Counted from the stretch's first letter, positions 9,573 through 19,433 are shown. The stretch: 64,000 bases of DNA from Thermoanaerobaculia bacterium (GCA_963664405.1 OY761158.1:1280001-1344000), one strand, 5' to 3'. Notes: generated by a model not told the origin, from the letters alone. Translations and numbers: made by a program.

Positions 9573-11119
9573 TTCCCGTGGATCATCCATACGTCGGAGC
9601 GCCTCTTTCCGTCGACCTCGGCTCCGTCCGGTACCCTCGCGAGCCAACCGTGCTCCTCGAGTGTCTCGACGACAGAGGTCGCAGACTTTCGATCCCTTAT
9701 CGCTGCCGGTCCACGCTGGTAGATGTCGGGCAGAGACACCAGCGCTTCCGTCCAGCCATCCCTAAGCCAAGCCAGAACTCTTCCCGCCAACAACAACTTC
9801 TCGTCCACGTGTGCCACGTCCGTCAGTCTTTGGGCCTCGCTGCCGTAGTAGAGAACAAGCTCGATGCCTCGGCATATTTGGTCGGCTGAGACCGTACGAC
9901 CGTCTGGATCCTCAACGACAGCAAGCACTCCAGCCAACCGAGCCGCATGCTCCGGCATCTTGTTCGCGAAGGGCCTGATGCTCGCCAGCGACCCGCTGGG
10001 ACCCCGATCTTTCTCGACACAATCGGAGAACTTCACCCATGTCATTGCTGCTTTCGGGTCCATCCGGAGTGTCGCTGGCTCAAGCCCCAGCGCCCGATCC
10101 GAGCAGGGCATCGGCCGGTTAAGAAGTGCCAGCATCCAATCCACATACCGATCGAAGTTTTCAGTGCTCTCTTGCGAAACCTCTCGATGGAATCGAGTTC
10201 CCGCCAGCGACTTTGGCGCTGAGATCAGCATGCGCGACAGTAGTCCCTGATCCTGAAGTCGCTCGTCGGCCAGCAAGTCGCTGGAGAGCTGCGGCTGGAC
10301 CATGAGGTGAATAGTTAGGCGTCGACCTGGGAGATTTGAGCTCCCGTCGCCAGCCCGTACCCTCTTGATCGCCTTGCCATCCCAGAGGGCGCTGAGTCCC
10401 GCGGCAGTCTTAATGCGATTGTCCTTGGTCATGCCAAAGCCACCGAGAAACTGCCCCCCTTCTGAAGAGAACATTCCGAGGGACGGTGACCCTATTGCGA
10501 ACAGCTTTATGAGGCCCTCGAGCGTTGGTTCATCCATCGTCCGAATCGGTGGCGCCGGCGGCTCAGGCTTCGGACCAAGATCTCCCAGCTGCTTCGTCTT
10601 CTCCTCGGTGCCGATCTTCTTGTTCTGGAGAATCTGTTTCCGCTCGGTATCCCAGACCGCTGCGACATTCTCGTGATCCTGGCGCTCTTGGTCGTAGGCG
10701 CTGGCCAGGGACTTCTCTAGCATCGTGACTGGTTCGAGAGCGTAGTCATCAGATGTCGTCTTGCGGTCGCCGCTCTCGGCCACCGTCAGGAAGAACTCTG
10801 ACAATGGCCGTGGTGAGCCTACGGGCGGGTGGATATTGCAGAAGGGTTGGGCTGCCAGGGTTACGGCTGCGAGGACGCTTTGCGCGCAGATACCGTCAGG
10901 GGCCTGTGTCTTCTCCTGGATCGCGGCTGCTGCAGGCGCCAATCTCGGACCAAGGGCTTCGATCGGATATGGCTCCGGATCCGGAAGCTCTCGAATAAGC
11001 GGTTCTGGGTCGGTACCCCTGCTAAAGCTGCTAAAGCTGCTAAAGCTGGTAGGCGCGACGGCGGGCGGTTGGTACACGTCGGCGTCCGCTATTACGCGGC
11101 GCACATCTGCTTCGGACAT
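9569..11119 (-). CDS. DUF3987/YfjI-family protein (putative replicative helicase)
   Basis: PYPIEALG, AESGDRKT P-loop-like motif, LWDG, QGLLSRML, C-terminal winged helix. Confidence 0.88.
   Translation of the reverse strand: MSEADVRRVIADADVYQPPAVAPTSFSSFSSFSRGTDPEPLIRELPDPEPYPIEALGPRLAPAAAAIQEKTQAPDGICAQSVLAAVTLAAQPFCNIHPPVGSPRPLSEFFLTVAESGDRKTTSDDYALEPVTMLEKSLASAYDQERQDHENVAAVWDTERKQILQNKKIGTEEKTKQLGDLGPKPEPPAPPIRTMDEPTLEGLIKLFAIGSPSLGMFSSEGGQFLGGFGMTKDNRIKTAAGLSALWDGKAIKRVRAGDGSSNLPGRRLTIHLMVQPQLSSDLLADERLQDQGLLSRMLISAPKSLAGTRFHREVSQESTENFDRYVDWMLALLNRPMPCSDRALGLEPATLRMDPKAAMTWVKFSDCVEKDRGPSGSLASIRPFANKMPEHAARLAGVLAVVEDPDGRTVSADQICRGIELVLYYGSEAQRLTDVAHVDEKLLLAGRVLAWLRDGWTEALVSLPDIYQRGPAAIRDRKSATSVVETLEEHGWLARVPDGAEVDGKRRSDVWMIHGK
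11013..11048. repeat. Iteron-like array, right arm of the 36-bp inverted repeat
   Basis: GTACCCCTGCTAAAGCTGCTAAAGCTGCTAAAGCTG. Confidence 0.95.
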
Positions 11120-12078
11120 GTCTCTGTCCCTTCGGAGTTGAGTAGTAAATCTAAGAAGTCCTTGCCCGCAGTGGGCGGTTTACAAATGCGCACTACGCGC
11201 CCCTCGCCATGTGCCCGCTTGGCTGCCGCCTCGGCGGCGCGCTCGCCAGCTTCATCGTGATCGGCGGCGATGATGACTTCACGCGCAAGCGGTAGCTGCG
11301 GCAGCTCGATCTTTCTAATGCCGCCTGCCGAGAGCGCTGCCCACGTTGGCTCTCCCGTCGCCTGCTGGACGGCCAAGCCGGTTTCGATGCCCTCGGTGAT
11401 GGCGAGCTCTTCGCCGGCCGCAGCCAGCCTTACCGCGCCGCCCATCACTGGCCCCATCATCTTCCTCTCCGGCTTCACCGGCGCCTTGCCCGAACCATCG
11501 CGCTGGAGGTACGTGCGATGCACCGCAACGACTTGACGGCTCTCACCCACCGCTACAGCTGCCAGCAAGGCGGGCCACCGCTCACCGCCCTCCTGGTGGA
11601 ACTCGTCCGGCAGGAATGCCAATGTCGGCGGGTATGGCGGCTCGAGGCCACGGCTGCGCAGATAGCTTTCGGCGATGGAGTCCGGGAGCTCTTGCCGGCG
11701 GGCCCAGATCTCGCGGGCCAGGGCAGAGTTTCGGGCTGCTTTTGCGTTGCGCTCGGCGGCGACAACAGACTCTGTCTGTCTCGGTGCAGATGGATAATCT
11801 GCACCGACAAAGCCGCCAGTGAGTTCTTCTACGGCTTCGCGGAAGCTCAGGCCACTTAACCGCTGCGCGAGCTTGATGACGTCGCCACCCTCGCCACAAC
11901 CGAAGCAGTGGTAGAGGCTGCGCTCAGGGTCAACACTGAACGAAGGCGTCTTCTCCTTGTGGAGGGGGCACAGTGCAGAATACTGGCTGCCCTGCTTCTC
12001 GAGCCTAATGCCGTGCTGCTCGCACACACGGAGGATCGGCGCGCGGCGTGCCGCCTCGATGTCGAGGAGCGCGGTCAT
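11092..12078 (-). CDS. Primase: CHC2 zinc finger plus TOPRIM
   Basis: CPLHKEKTPSF...CFGCG, YLRSRG, EGIETGL, ADHDEAG, KDF. Confidence 0.92.
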   Translation of the reverse strand: MTALLDIEAARRAPILRVCEQHGIRLEKQGSQYSALCPLHKEKTPSFSVDPERSLYHCFGCGEGGDVIKLAQRLSGLSFREAVEELTGGFVGADYPSAPRQTESVVAAERNAKAARNSALAREIWARRQELPDSIAESYLRSRGLEPPYPPTLAFLPDEFHQEGGERWPALLAAVAVGESRQVVAVHRTYLQRDGSGKAPVKPERKMMGPVMGGAVRLAAAGEELAITEGIETGLAVQQATGEPTWAALSAGGIRKIELPQLPLAREVIIAADHDEAGERAAEAAAKRAHGEGRVVRICKPPTAGKDFLDLLLNSEGTETCPKQMCAA

Positions 12079-12275
12079 CTGATTGCTTCTTCCTCGAGTC
12101 CGAACTCCGTGGCGCGATGAGCTCGTGGTCGTTTCGACCGCGCCGGTGGGTTCCGGTCACCGTTCCGATGGGACTGAGGTTCTGGGCAGGAGAAGGCGCC
12201 TTCGTCGCCCGTCCGCTTGCCGTTGCGAGCCATAACGGCCTGCTCGAGCTCGGGCAGGTGTCGTCCCGGGGTCAT
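12075..12275 (-). CDS. Small hypothetical protein
   Basis: ATGA overlaps with both the upstream HTH gene and the downstream primase. Confidence 0.45.
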   Translation of the reverse strand: MTPGRHLPELEQAVMARNGKRTGDEGAFSCPEPQSHRNGDRNPPARSKRPRAHRATEFGLEEEAIR

Positions 12276-12529
12276 CCGGTAGACCCTCGGCCGGCCATCT
12301 CCTGCCGGACCCTCTCCAGGCGCGTTGTGGTGACATGCGTGCGCGCGCTCACCCATGCCGAAACGTCGCTCGGTCGATATCTCACGAGCCTTCCCACTTT
12401 GCAAAACGGCAAGGGCGGAGTGATACCGCGCGACCTCCACGCCTCGAGCGCGGCAGGGGATACGCCTAAGATCTCAGCGGTTTGCGTGGGCGTAAGGAGC
12501 GGTGCGAGAGAATCTGCGTTGAAACCCAT
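12272..12529 (-). CDS. Excisionase/AlpA-like HTH protein
   Basis: LLTPTQTAEILGVS..LEAWR...PFCKVGRLVRYR (HTH_17 pattern). Confidence 0.88.
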   Translation of the reverse strand: MGFNADSLAPLLTPTQTAEILGVSPAALEAWRSRGITPPLPFCKVGRLVRYRPSDVSAWVSARTHVTTTRLERVRQEMAGRGSTG

Positions 12530-12627
12530 TCCGTGTCCCTCCGGACGCAGCCAGCTCCATCGCTAATGCGTGGGCTTTGTCGTCCTATGGTCTAGGATTG
12601 TAGGGATGGGGTGTCGCGGTATCGTCG

Positions 12628-13290
12628 CTAGTGCGACGATCCTTTTCGAGAGCGTGCCACGTAGCTCTTGAAAGTCGGGAATGTGATCCGCTTGTCTGGG
12701 CCGATTCCGTCCAGCCTTTGCTCGTAGAGGTGCTCGCCCTCGCGGTAGATCACGTAGTCGTTGATCTCTATTCCGTCGCCCTCTGGAAGGGATCTCCACA
12801 GCATCTTCGCTGAGATGTTCGGATTCTCAGCTCTCTCGCGGTCGACCCAGGCCTGTATTCCTCGCCGGTACTTCGGGGCTTCGGCGGCTTCTCGCGCCTG
12901 GTCGAGGTTACGCATGCCTCGCAGTACGTCCTCGAAGGACACTTGCGCGAGTGTATGGAGTGCGCAGACTAGCGCCCCCTGTGGGCTTCGCTCCCAGTTC
13001 GCACGTATCCATTCGACCCTCCCCATGAGGAGCTGCGCAGCCCCGACTTCGGCCCGTCGGGGTTTCGATCGCTTCCCCCGTTTCGACCGCAGCATGCGAC
13101 GGGCCTTGCCCTCGATCTGGGTCAGCGACTGCTCGATCACTTCTTCAGGCGAAGGGAGCTGGATTTCGCCTCCTACAATATCTCCTTGATCGTTGACACG
13201 GAGAGAGGCCAAGGGCAGTTCCAGGTGGATGAGGTCGTCTTCGGATTCCACCTCTCCGAGTAGCCTTAGAGGTCGGGGCTCCTTCGCCAT
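12628..13290 (-). CDS. Hypothetical protein between int and xis
   Basis: 220-aa ORF co-oriented with the module. Confidence 0.65.
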   Translation of the reverse strand: MAKEPRPLRLLGEVESEDDLIHLELPLASLRVNDQGDIVGGEIQLPSPEEVIEQSLTQIEGKARRMLRSKRGKRSKPRRAEVGAAQLLMGRVEWIRANWERSPQGALVCALHTLAQVSFEDVLRGMRNLDQAREAAEAPKYRRGIQAWVDRERAENPNISAKMLWRSLPEGDGIEINDYVIYREGEHLYEQRLDGIGPDKRITFPTFKSYVARSRKGSSH

Positions 13291-13309
13291 CTCGGGGTTA
13301 CACCCTTCC

Positions 13310-14530
13310 TTAGGCTCTCTCTTTGGAGCCCATCTCTACCACCTCGCCCCCGGGGGAGCCTTCAAGTGCCCGGGCTATTTCGGATGCGATGCGCTCTGCA
13401 CCGGCGCGTACTGGATCCTCGGCGAGATGTGCGTAGCGGGCCGTCGTCTGTGGGCTCGAGTGCCCTAGGACCTTACCGACAATGTAGAGCCCTAAGCCGG
13501 CCGACGCGCCTACCGACGCGAAGCTGTGGCGGAGGTCGTGCAGCCGCACGTCTTCTAGCCCGGCGCTCTCGCGGACGCGCTGCCAGACGTGTTGTAGCGT
13601 AGCTAAGGGCTCTCCGTCGCGGCTGCCGAAGCAGACGTAGGGGTTGCCCGCTTGGCGCTCTGCGTTGGCCAAGAGTTCGCGGACGGGGGCAGTCAAGGGC
13701 AACGCCTTGCGGCCCGTCTTCGAGTCTGGCAGGACGATGAAGCCCCGCTCCCAGTCGACGTCATCCCAGCGCAAAGAGAGCACCTCGCCGGCCCGCATAC
13801 CAGTTAGGAGTAGGAGACGCAGAGCGAGCGTCGTGGTGGGTAGTTGGTCGATCTCCTTCTCGGTCTTCTCGATCGCCTCGGCTACGCGGGCTAGCTCCTT
13901 GCCGGTGAGGAACCGCTCCAATCGGTGCTCGGGGTAGCGAGTGACTAAGGCGGCAGGATTCGTTCCCTGAGCGCGTAGACCCCGCCGCTCGGCAAAGCCG
14001 AGCATTGCCTGTATGACACCTATCGTGTAGTTCGCGGTGCGCTTGGCGCGCCGGCCGATGGACCGATGGAGGCGCTCGACATCCTCTTGCATCAGCTCTT
14101 CGACCTCGATACGCCCAAGGGCGGGGATGACCTCTCGCCGAAGGATGCGGTCGTACTCGTAGATCGTCGAGGGCTTGCAAGTGGGGCGCAGGTGTTCGTC
14201 GAGGTAGAGCTCCGCGAGCTCGGCGACGGTGAGCTTGTCTCGTGCCGCCCGACGTTGGACGAGCGGGTCAAAACCGCGGGCAATCGCAGCGAAGTGCTCG
14301 CGGGCAATCGCCCTGGCCTCCTCGAGCCGGAATCTGCCTATCGGCCCAAGGGACATTCGCCGGTTGCGGCCCGACGGTGCTCGGTACTCGATGAAGTACG
14401 AGCGTGACCCCGAGGGCTTCACCCGGACGCCGAACCCCACCTGCTCAGTATCGCGTAGATAAACATCTCGTGCCGGGTCGGGTCGGCAGGAGTGAACTCG
14501 CTTCTCCGTGAGCTTGATGCGCGGCCGCAT
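13310..14530 (-). CDS. int: Tyrosine integrase with N-terminal arm-binding (DUF4102-type) domain
   Basis: GFGVRV..SGSRSY, TGMRAGE, DSKTG, HDLRHSFAS, LGHSS..TTARYAH. Confidence 0.95.
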   Translation of the reverse strand: MRPRIKLTEKRVHSCRPDPARDVYLRDTEQVGFGVRVKPSGSRSYFIEYRAPSGRNRRMSLGPIGRFRLEEARAIAREHFAAIARGFDPLVQRRAARDKLTVAELAELYLDEHLRPTCKPSTIYEYDRILRREVIPALGRIEVEELMQEDVERLHRSIGRRAKRTANYTIGVIQAMLGFAERRGLRAQGTNPAALVTRYPEHRLERFLTGKELARVAEAIEKTEKEIDQLPTTTLALRLLLLTGMRAGEVLSLRWDDVDWERGFIVLPDSKTGRKALPLTAPVRELLANAERQAGNPYVCFGSRDGEPLATLQHVWQRVRESAGLEDVRLHDLRHSFASVGASAGLGLYIVGKVLGHSSPQTTARYAHLAEDPVRAGAERIASEIARALEGSPGGEVVEMGSKERA

Positions 14531-14557
14531 GGTGGTGGATTTCTCCTCCGACAGTTT

Positions 14558-14597
14558 CCTACCCTGTGCCTACCTAGAGGGTAGGCGAGGGGTAGGA
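14558..14597. promoter_or_regulatory. Putative integrase arm-type binding sites
   Basis: CCTACC x2 followed by the inverted GGTAGG x2, directly upstream of int. Confidence 0.45.
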
Positions 14598-14719
14598 TTG
14601 AGGTATCGGTTTTCATAGTACAGCATCGGGAATGGTATGGAAAGAGGCTTTACTAAAGGCTTTACTGGCAACTATTTAGAGGGCTGCATAGGGCTTCATC
14701 GGGGTCATCTACCCAGACA

Positions 14720-16118
14720 GGAGACCTGGGACCACTCGACATCGCTTTTTTGCACCGGTGATCTGGACCAGGACGGGTTGGTGGACAACACCTGCACGTA
14801 CGAGGAGCTCCTTCAGTTCCGAGCCGAAACACAGATCCACGGGCCCATGCACGACCAGTCGTGTCTCGACTACCACGCGGGCGAAGAGTGGCGCTGTCTC
14901 AGCCAGCCCCATGTGCTCGAGAACCACGTCACGACGCCCTTTTTCGTGCGCACGGATCTGCAAGATAGGGCGCTCTACTCCGTTCAGGAGGCAATCAACT
15001 ACGGCGATCCGCCGGGGAATCCGCTGACCGCGAGCATCTGGGGCCAAATCATGCACGACCAGCTCACGGCCCTCGCCACCATTGATGCCACCGCCGAGGA
15101 GGGAACCGGCAATCTGGGCCCCGGCATCGTCGAGCCAGGGGTCTTCGGCCCGCAGTGCGAGCATCACAGCGCTCTCTTCGACACCTACCGCTCACATGAA
15201 GTCCTGGCGCCGTCGACCGCCGGCGACCTCAGTTTCAACCAGACCCTGTGGAACTGGTATACGGGCCAGGATCCGCAAACGGCAATAGTCCCCTTCGACG
15301 GGGCCGGGGTCCGCTACGAGCTGTGCCCCTGCAACCCGGACGTCGACACCGCCTGTCTCTTCGACGGCGCTTTCAAGGTCGAAGGAGAGATGATGAACTT
15401 CGCCAACCCGCCGGAGGGGTTCAAAACCGTGGTCATGAGCTTTCCAGGGGGCAGAGCCGAGTCCGACAAGGCGGTGTTCTTCGAATCCTTCACGGCCGGC
15501 AATTTCGAAGTCGGTGTCAAGATGGTCGATGCTTGCACTCTCCCCAGCGGACATCCCCTCCGATTCTACTGGGCGTTCTTGGGCGGCCTCACCAACGCCG
15601 GCACCGAGATGCGCATTACCGACACCGTAACCGACCAGGTCTATACCTGGTCCAACCCCTCTGGATCCTTCCCGCTTACCGAGGGAGACACTTCGGCCTT
15701 TCCATGTGTCGAAGGGATCCCCTCCGTGCCGTGCGTCGCCGGCGATGGGATCGCGTGTCTCCTCGGTGGACGCTTCCAGGTGGAAGGTGAGATGACCAAC
15801 TTCGCCAATCCCCCGCAGATCTTTCCCACGAGGGTGATGAACTTCCCCGAAGACCGGGCCGAATCGGAGCAGGCGGTCTTCTTCGAATCCTTCGACCCCG
15901 GAAATTTCGAAGTCGGGGTCAAAATGGTGAACGGCTGCGGTTTTCCCAAGGGACATCCCCTGCATTTCTGGTGGGTCTTCTACGGGGGCCTGACGAACGC
16001 CGAGACCTACATGAAGGTGACCCAGCTAGAAACCGGCCTGTTCGATGAGTGGCTCAACCCCGCGGGGACCTTCCCGCGGTCGGAGGGGCGGACCCAGGTA
16101 TTCCCCTGCGTTGAGTAG
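14720..16118 (+). pseudogene. 5'-truncated pectinacetylesterase-like secreted protein with two tandem C-terminal domains
   Basis: DQSCLDYH..EEWRC...TTPFFVRTDLQD and GVFGPQCEHH, followed by two copies of CL..G.F.VEG...NFEVGVKMV..C...WxFxGGLTN. The first ~28 codons of the ORF are element-derived, AT-richer sequence. Confidence 0.6.
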
Positions 16119-16140
16119 CAGGGGAGGGGTGATCGCGCCC

Positions 16141-17040
16141 TCAGTTCTCGAACCCGATCGGGGCGATGTTGCAGATCGAGTAGGTCACCGGCGGCCGACG
16201 ACCCCATAGCGGTTCGGCCGTGATCGAGCGCCGGTCTTTGATCTCCGCTTCGAGCGACGCTACCGCTTCCGGCCGGTCGGCGGCAAGATTGTTCTGCTCG
16301 CGCACATCGGTAGAGAGGTCATAGAGAAAACCACGGGGCTCATCTTGATTGGGCTTGATCAGCTTCATATCGCCCTGGCGAACGGCGACGGTCGGGTAGT
16401 TACGCCATACGAAACGGTCGTGCTGTACTGAACCACCCGCGAATAGCGGCAGGAGATTGTGACCGTCGAGGGCCAGGTCGGCCGGCACAGGCCGCCCTGC
16501 CGCCACGATCGCAGTCGGTAGGATGTCGAGGGTCGACACCGGGGTGTCGATCCGGGTGCCCGCGGCAATGGCTTTCGGCCAACGCATCAAATAGGGCACT
16601 CGTACCCCTCCCTCATAATAGGTGAGCTTGCCGCCCGAGAGCGGCTCGCAGGAGCACAATCCCGAGAAATAGCCCGCACATCCGTTGTCGCCGAGAAAGA
16701 CGACGAGCGTGTTCTCCGCCAGACCGTTGCGCTCGAGGGCGTCGAGGATGCGGCCGACCGCATCGTCGAGGGCGGAGATCATCCCGAAGTAGATGCGGTG
16801 GAGCTCGTTCTCCACGTCGGGGAAGCGGTCATAGTACTTCTGGTGACCTGGAACGGCGAGTGCGGGGCATTGAAAGCGGAGTAGAGAAAGAAAGGGTCGT
16901 CTTTGTGCCGATCGATGAAGTCGACCGATTTCTCGCCGAAGACGTCGGTGATGTACTCCGCCACTTCGTGGATCGTCATCTCGGGCCCTTCCACAATCTG
17001 ATTGCCTCTTGATCGGTTCGGCGGTGACAACGGCTCTGCG
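16141..17040 (-). pseudogene. Partial, frameshifted duplicate of the sulfatase at 20815-22332
   Basis: Near-identical to ~20817-21722; lacks the N-terminal CxPxR region; one G missing at ~16842 (TGGTG vs TGGGTG). Confidence 0.88.
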
Positions 17041-17170
17041 CCAGCCGGTCGTCAGTTTTTTCGGGTGGCAGCTCGGGTTGGAGCCAGAGGACATGCAGAG
17101 AGGGCGGCGCTCAACCTATGCAAAGCTTCGGGAAACTCGAAACCCTAGACATGAAAGGAAGACCGTTGCC

Positions 17171-18010
17171 ATGAATTCAACCCGACAAGTCGCAGTGGTG
17201 ATTGGGGCCACATCCAAGTGGCAAGCTGACGGCCGTAATACCAAGCTTGCACACGGCCGGGCGCTGGAAGACGGTGACCTGCCGGTGACCGCGCGCTGGG
17301 GTATCGGCGGTGCGGTGGCGCAGAAGTTTGCCAAGGAAGGCTTTTCGATGGTGCTCACTACGCGGAGATCCTCCAACGCGAAAGCGCTGCAGGATGCAAT
17401 ACGAGAGCAAGATGGCGATTGCATCACTGTTGAGCTAGACCTGGTGTCCGAGGAGTCGATCTCGCAGGCGTTCGCCAAGATCCGCAGTGAAGTGGGCGAT
17501 CCGGACGTGCTGGTCTACAACGCCGGCTATCTGGAAGGGCGGGACCTGCCCCCGGAAAAGGAGCTGCTCGAGCACATTCCGGTCGAAATGTTCGATACGG
17601 CGCAGCACATCTCCAGTCGTGGACCCTTCCTGGTTGCGAGGGAGGTTCTACCAGCCATGCGCACGAAGGGCGCCGGCTCGTTTTTGATTACCAATAACGC
17701 CGCCGGGCTGCGCGGTCGGAAGAGAAGGACCGGTCAGTCGCTGTACTACCCGAGAGTGATGATGCGCACCCTCGCGCAAGTGCTCACCGAAGAATATTCC
17801 GAGCATGGAGTGCACGTCGCCAATGTGATCATCGACGGACTGATCGACTCCCCAGGAACACGCGCGCTGCCCCAGGCCCAGCAGCGACCGGAGATCATCA
17901 TGGACCCCGCCAAAATCGCGGAGGCCTATTACTACCTACACACCCAAGACAGGTCTTGCTGGACCCACGAGCTGCAATTGACCCCGTTCTCGACCAAGCC
18001 GAGTTTCTAG
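17171..18010 (+). CDS. SDR-family oxidoreductase
   Basis: GIGGAVA, VYNAG, HVANVIIDGLID, WTHEL motifs; AAGGAAG RBS. Confidence 0.88.
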   Translation: MNSTRQVAVVIGATSKWQADGRNTKLAHGRALEDGDLPVTARWGIGGAVAQKFAKEGFSMVLTTRRSSNAKALQDAIREQDGDCITVELDLVSEESISQAFAKIRSEVGDPDVLVYNAGYLEGRDLPPEKELLEHIPVEMFDTAQHISSRGPFLVAREVLPAMRTKGAGSFLITNNAAGLRGRKRRTGQSLYYPRVMMRTLAQVLTEEYSEHGVHVANVIIDGLIDSPGTRALPQAQQRPEIIMDPAKIAEAYYYLHTQDRSCWTHELQLTPFSTKPSF

Positions 18011-18186
18011 CTGGGAGACCTGAGCGTCTAGATAGGCCTCCACGTAGCTCAGCGCTCCCTCTCGCTTGTTTTCTGCGGTCGCAGACGGACCGATGCTACC
18101 CTGATCGCCCGTGAGGTGAATTCTCGCGGCGGCGCTCTTCTGAACCGGCCTCGCCGACGTCACCGTGCAAGCAATCCGGTACATAG

Positions 18187-18957
18187 ATGAAACTTGCTAC
18201 CTGCTTCTGTGAGTTCGGGTATTTGAATTTCTTCGTGCTGCCGGCTTTGAATCTCTACTTCGCCGCGCATAAAGAAGTACTCCGGCTCGTCACCTATCCG
18301 GACTATTTCGCGCTGCTACAGCATCTGTTCGGCGATCGCGTCGAGGCGGCGGAGCTCCTGGAACAGGACCCCCTGCGAAGCGGCTACACCAGCAGGCTGT
18401 ATGACGAGCGGTACACTGAAATGCAGAAGATCAACGTGCTTCTCGAAAACTATCTGTCGTCTCTGGAAGAGAGACCGGATCTGCACAGAGTACGGCAGCA
18501 GACCCCATTTTTCTCGCCGGCAGAAGCCACGCGTGACGTGGACAAGCGTGTTCAGGACCTGGGGATCGACGAAATCGTTGTCTTCTACCTGCGCAATCGC
18601 ACCAACACTCACCTCAGAAACTACCAGCACGACATCGACTGGCCTAAATTCCGCCGCAAGGGGCGACTCCTGGTATTTATTGGTGATACCGACGAATCGC
18701 TTGTTCCGTTTCCGGATTCTCCCACTATCTGCAGAACGCAGAATCTATTCGAAAATATGGCATTTTTCCGTCCCTGCGCTCTGTTCGTCAGTAACGACTC
18801 GGGCATTATCGATTTTGCGAAAAACTGTGGGTGCCGAGAGGTGCATATTCTTCCCTCGGAACAGGAGATCAACCCGGCCAACTTCCGGCCTTTCGGATGG
18901 TGCCACACGCAAGAGATCAAACCCGACTTCCTTCTTCCCAGAGAGATCGCGGAATGA
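18187..18957 (+). CDS. Hypothetical protein, glycosyltransferase (GT9)-like C-terminus
   Basis: ALFVSNDSG motif; lower GC than the flanks. Confidence 0.55.
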   Translation: MKLATCFCEFGYLNFFVLPALNLYFAAHKEVLRLVTYPDYFALLQHLFGDRVEAAELLEQDPLRSGYTSRLYDERYTEMQKINVLLENYLSSLEERPDLHRVRQQTPFFSPAEATRDVDKRVQDLGIDEIVVFYLRNRTNTHLRNYQHDIDWPKFRRKGRLLVFIGDTDESLVPFPDSPTICRTQNLFENMAFFRPCALFVSNDSGIIDFAKNCGCREVHILPSEQEINPANFRPFGWCHTQEIKPDFLLPREIAE

Positions 18958-19337
18958 GGGTCGAGGTATCCAACGGCGAGCTCGTCGACAAGGTCGCTGT
19001 GCTCGAGGTCAAGCTCAGACACATTCTGAACCCCGAAAAGAGAAAGAACCTGGATTTCGAATACAGGAACCTTCGGAGTGCAATGGAAGAGCTGGGATCA
19101 GAAGTGGACGGGGACATCTTCCAACGGCTGATCGACGTTCACGAGAAAAACTGGCACCTCATGGAGCGATGGAATGAACTTGACCAGGAAGGTCGGTTTG
19201 ACGACGAATATGTCGAAGTGACGAGGGCGTCGAACGAATGCAACCGGGAGCGGTTCCGGCTCAAGGTCGTCCTCAACAAGCTCTCGGGCATCGTCGAGGA
19301 GAAGTCCGAGATCTATGGCGACTACACACCGCGCTGA
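18954..19337 (+). CDS. DUF6165-like protein
   Basis: VEVSNGELVDKVAVLEVK...NRERFRLK...IVEEKS; ATGA overlap. Confidence 0.8.
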   Translation: MRVEVSNGELVDKVAVLEVKLRHILNPEKRKNLDFEYRNLRSAMEELGSEVDGDIFQRLIDVHEKNWHLMERWNELDQEGRFDDEYVEVTRASNECNRERFRLKVVLNKLSGIVEEKSEIYGDYTPR

Positions 19338-19433
19338 GGATCCGCGAACCGATCGCAGCCGCCGCGAAGAGGGTGACACTATTCGAAGCTGGCGAGACCG
19401 GTAGAATCCGGCCCGAAAGCAGGAGAACCAACA

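Larger units (their letters stand above)
5995..14730 (-). mobile_element. Decayed phage-satellite/PICI-like integrative element
   Basis: Co-oriented int-hyp-xis-primase-DUF3987-hyp-cos-terS-terL' gene order; left end lost. Confidence 0.7.

Noticed and set aside
11092-11160. Frameshifted primase-helicase fusion
   Set aside because: DUF3987 has its own ATG with a purine-rich upstream sequence and there is no slippery run; two overlapping genes is the simpler reading, though not proven
14531-14740. tRNA/tmRNA at the integrase end
   Set aside because: No T-loop GTTCGA/CCA or cloverleaf recognisable on either strand
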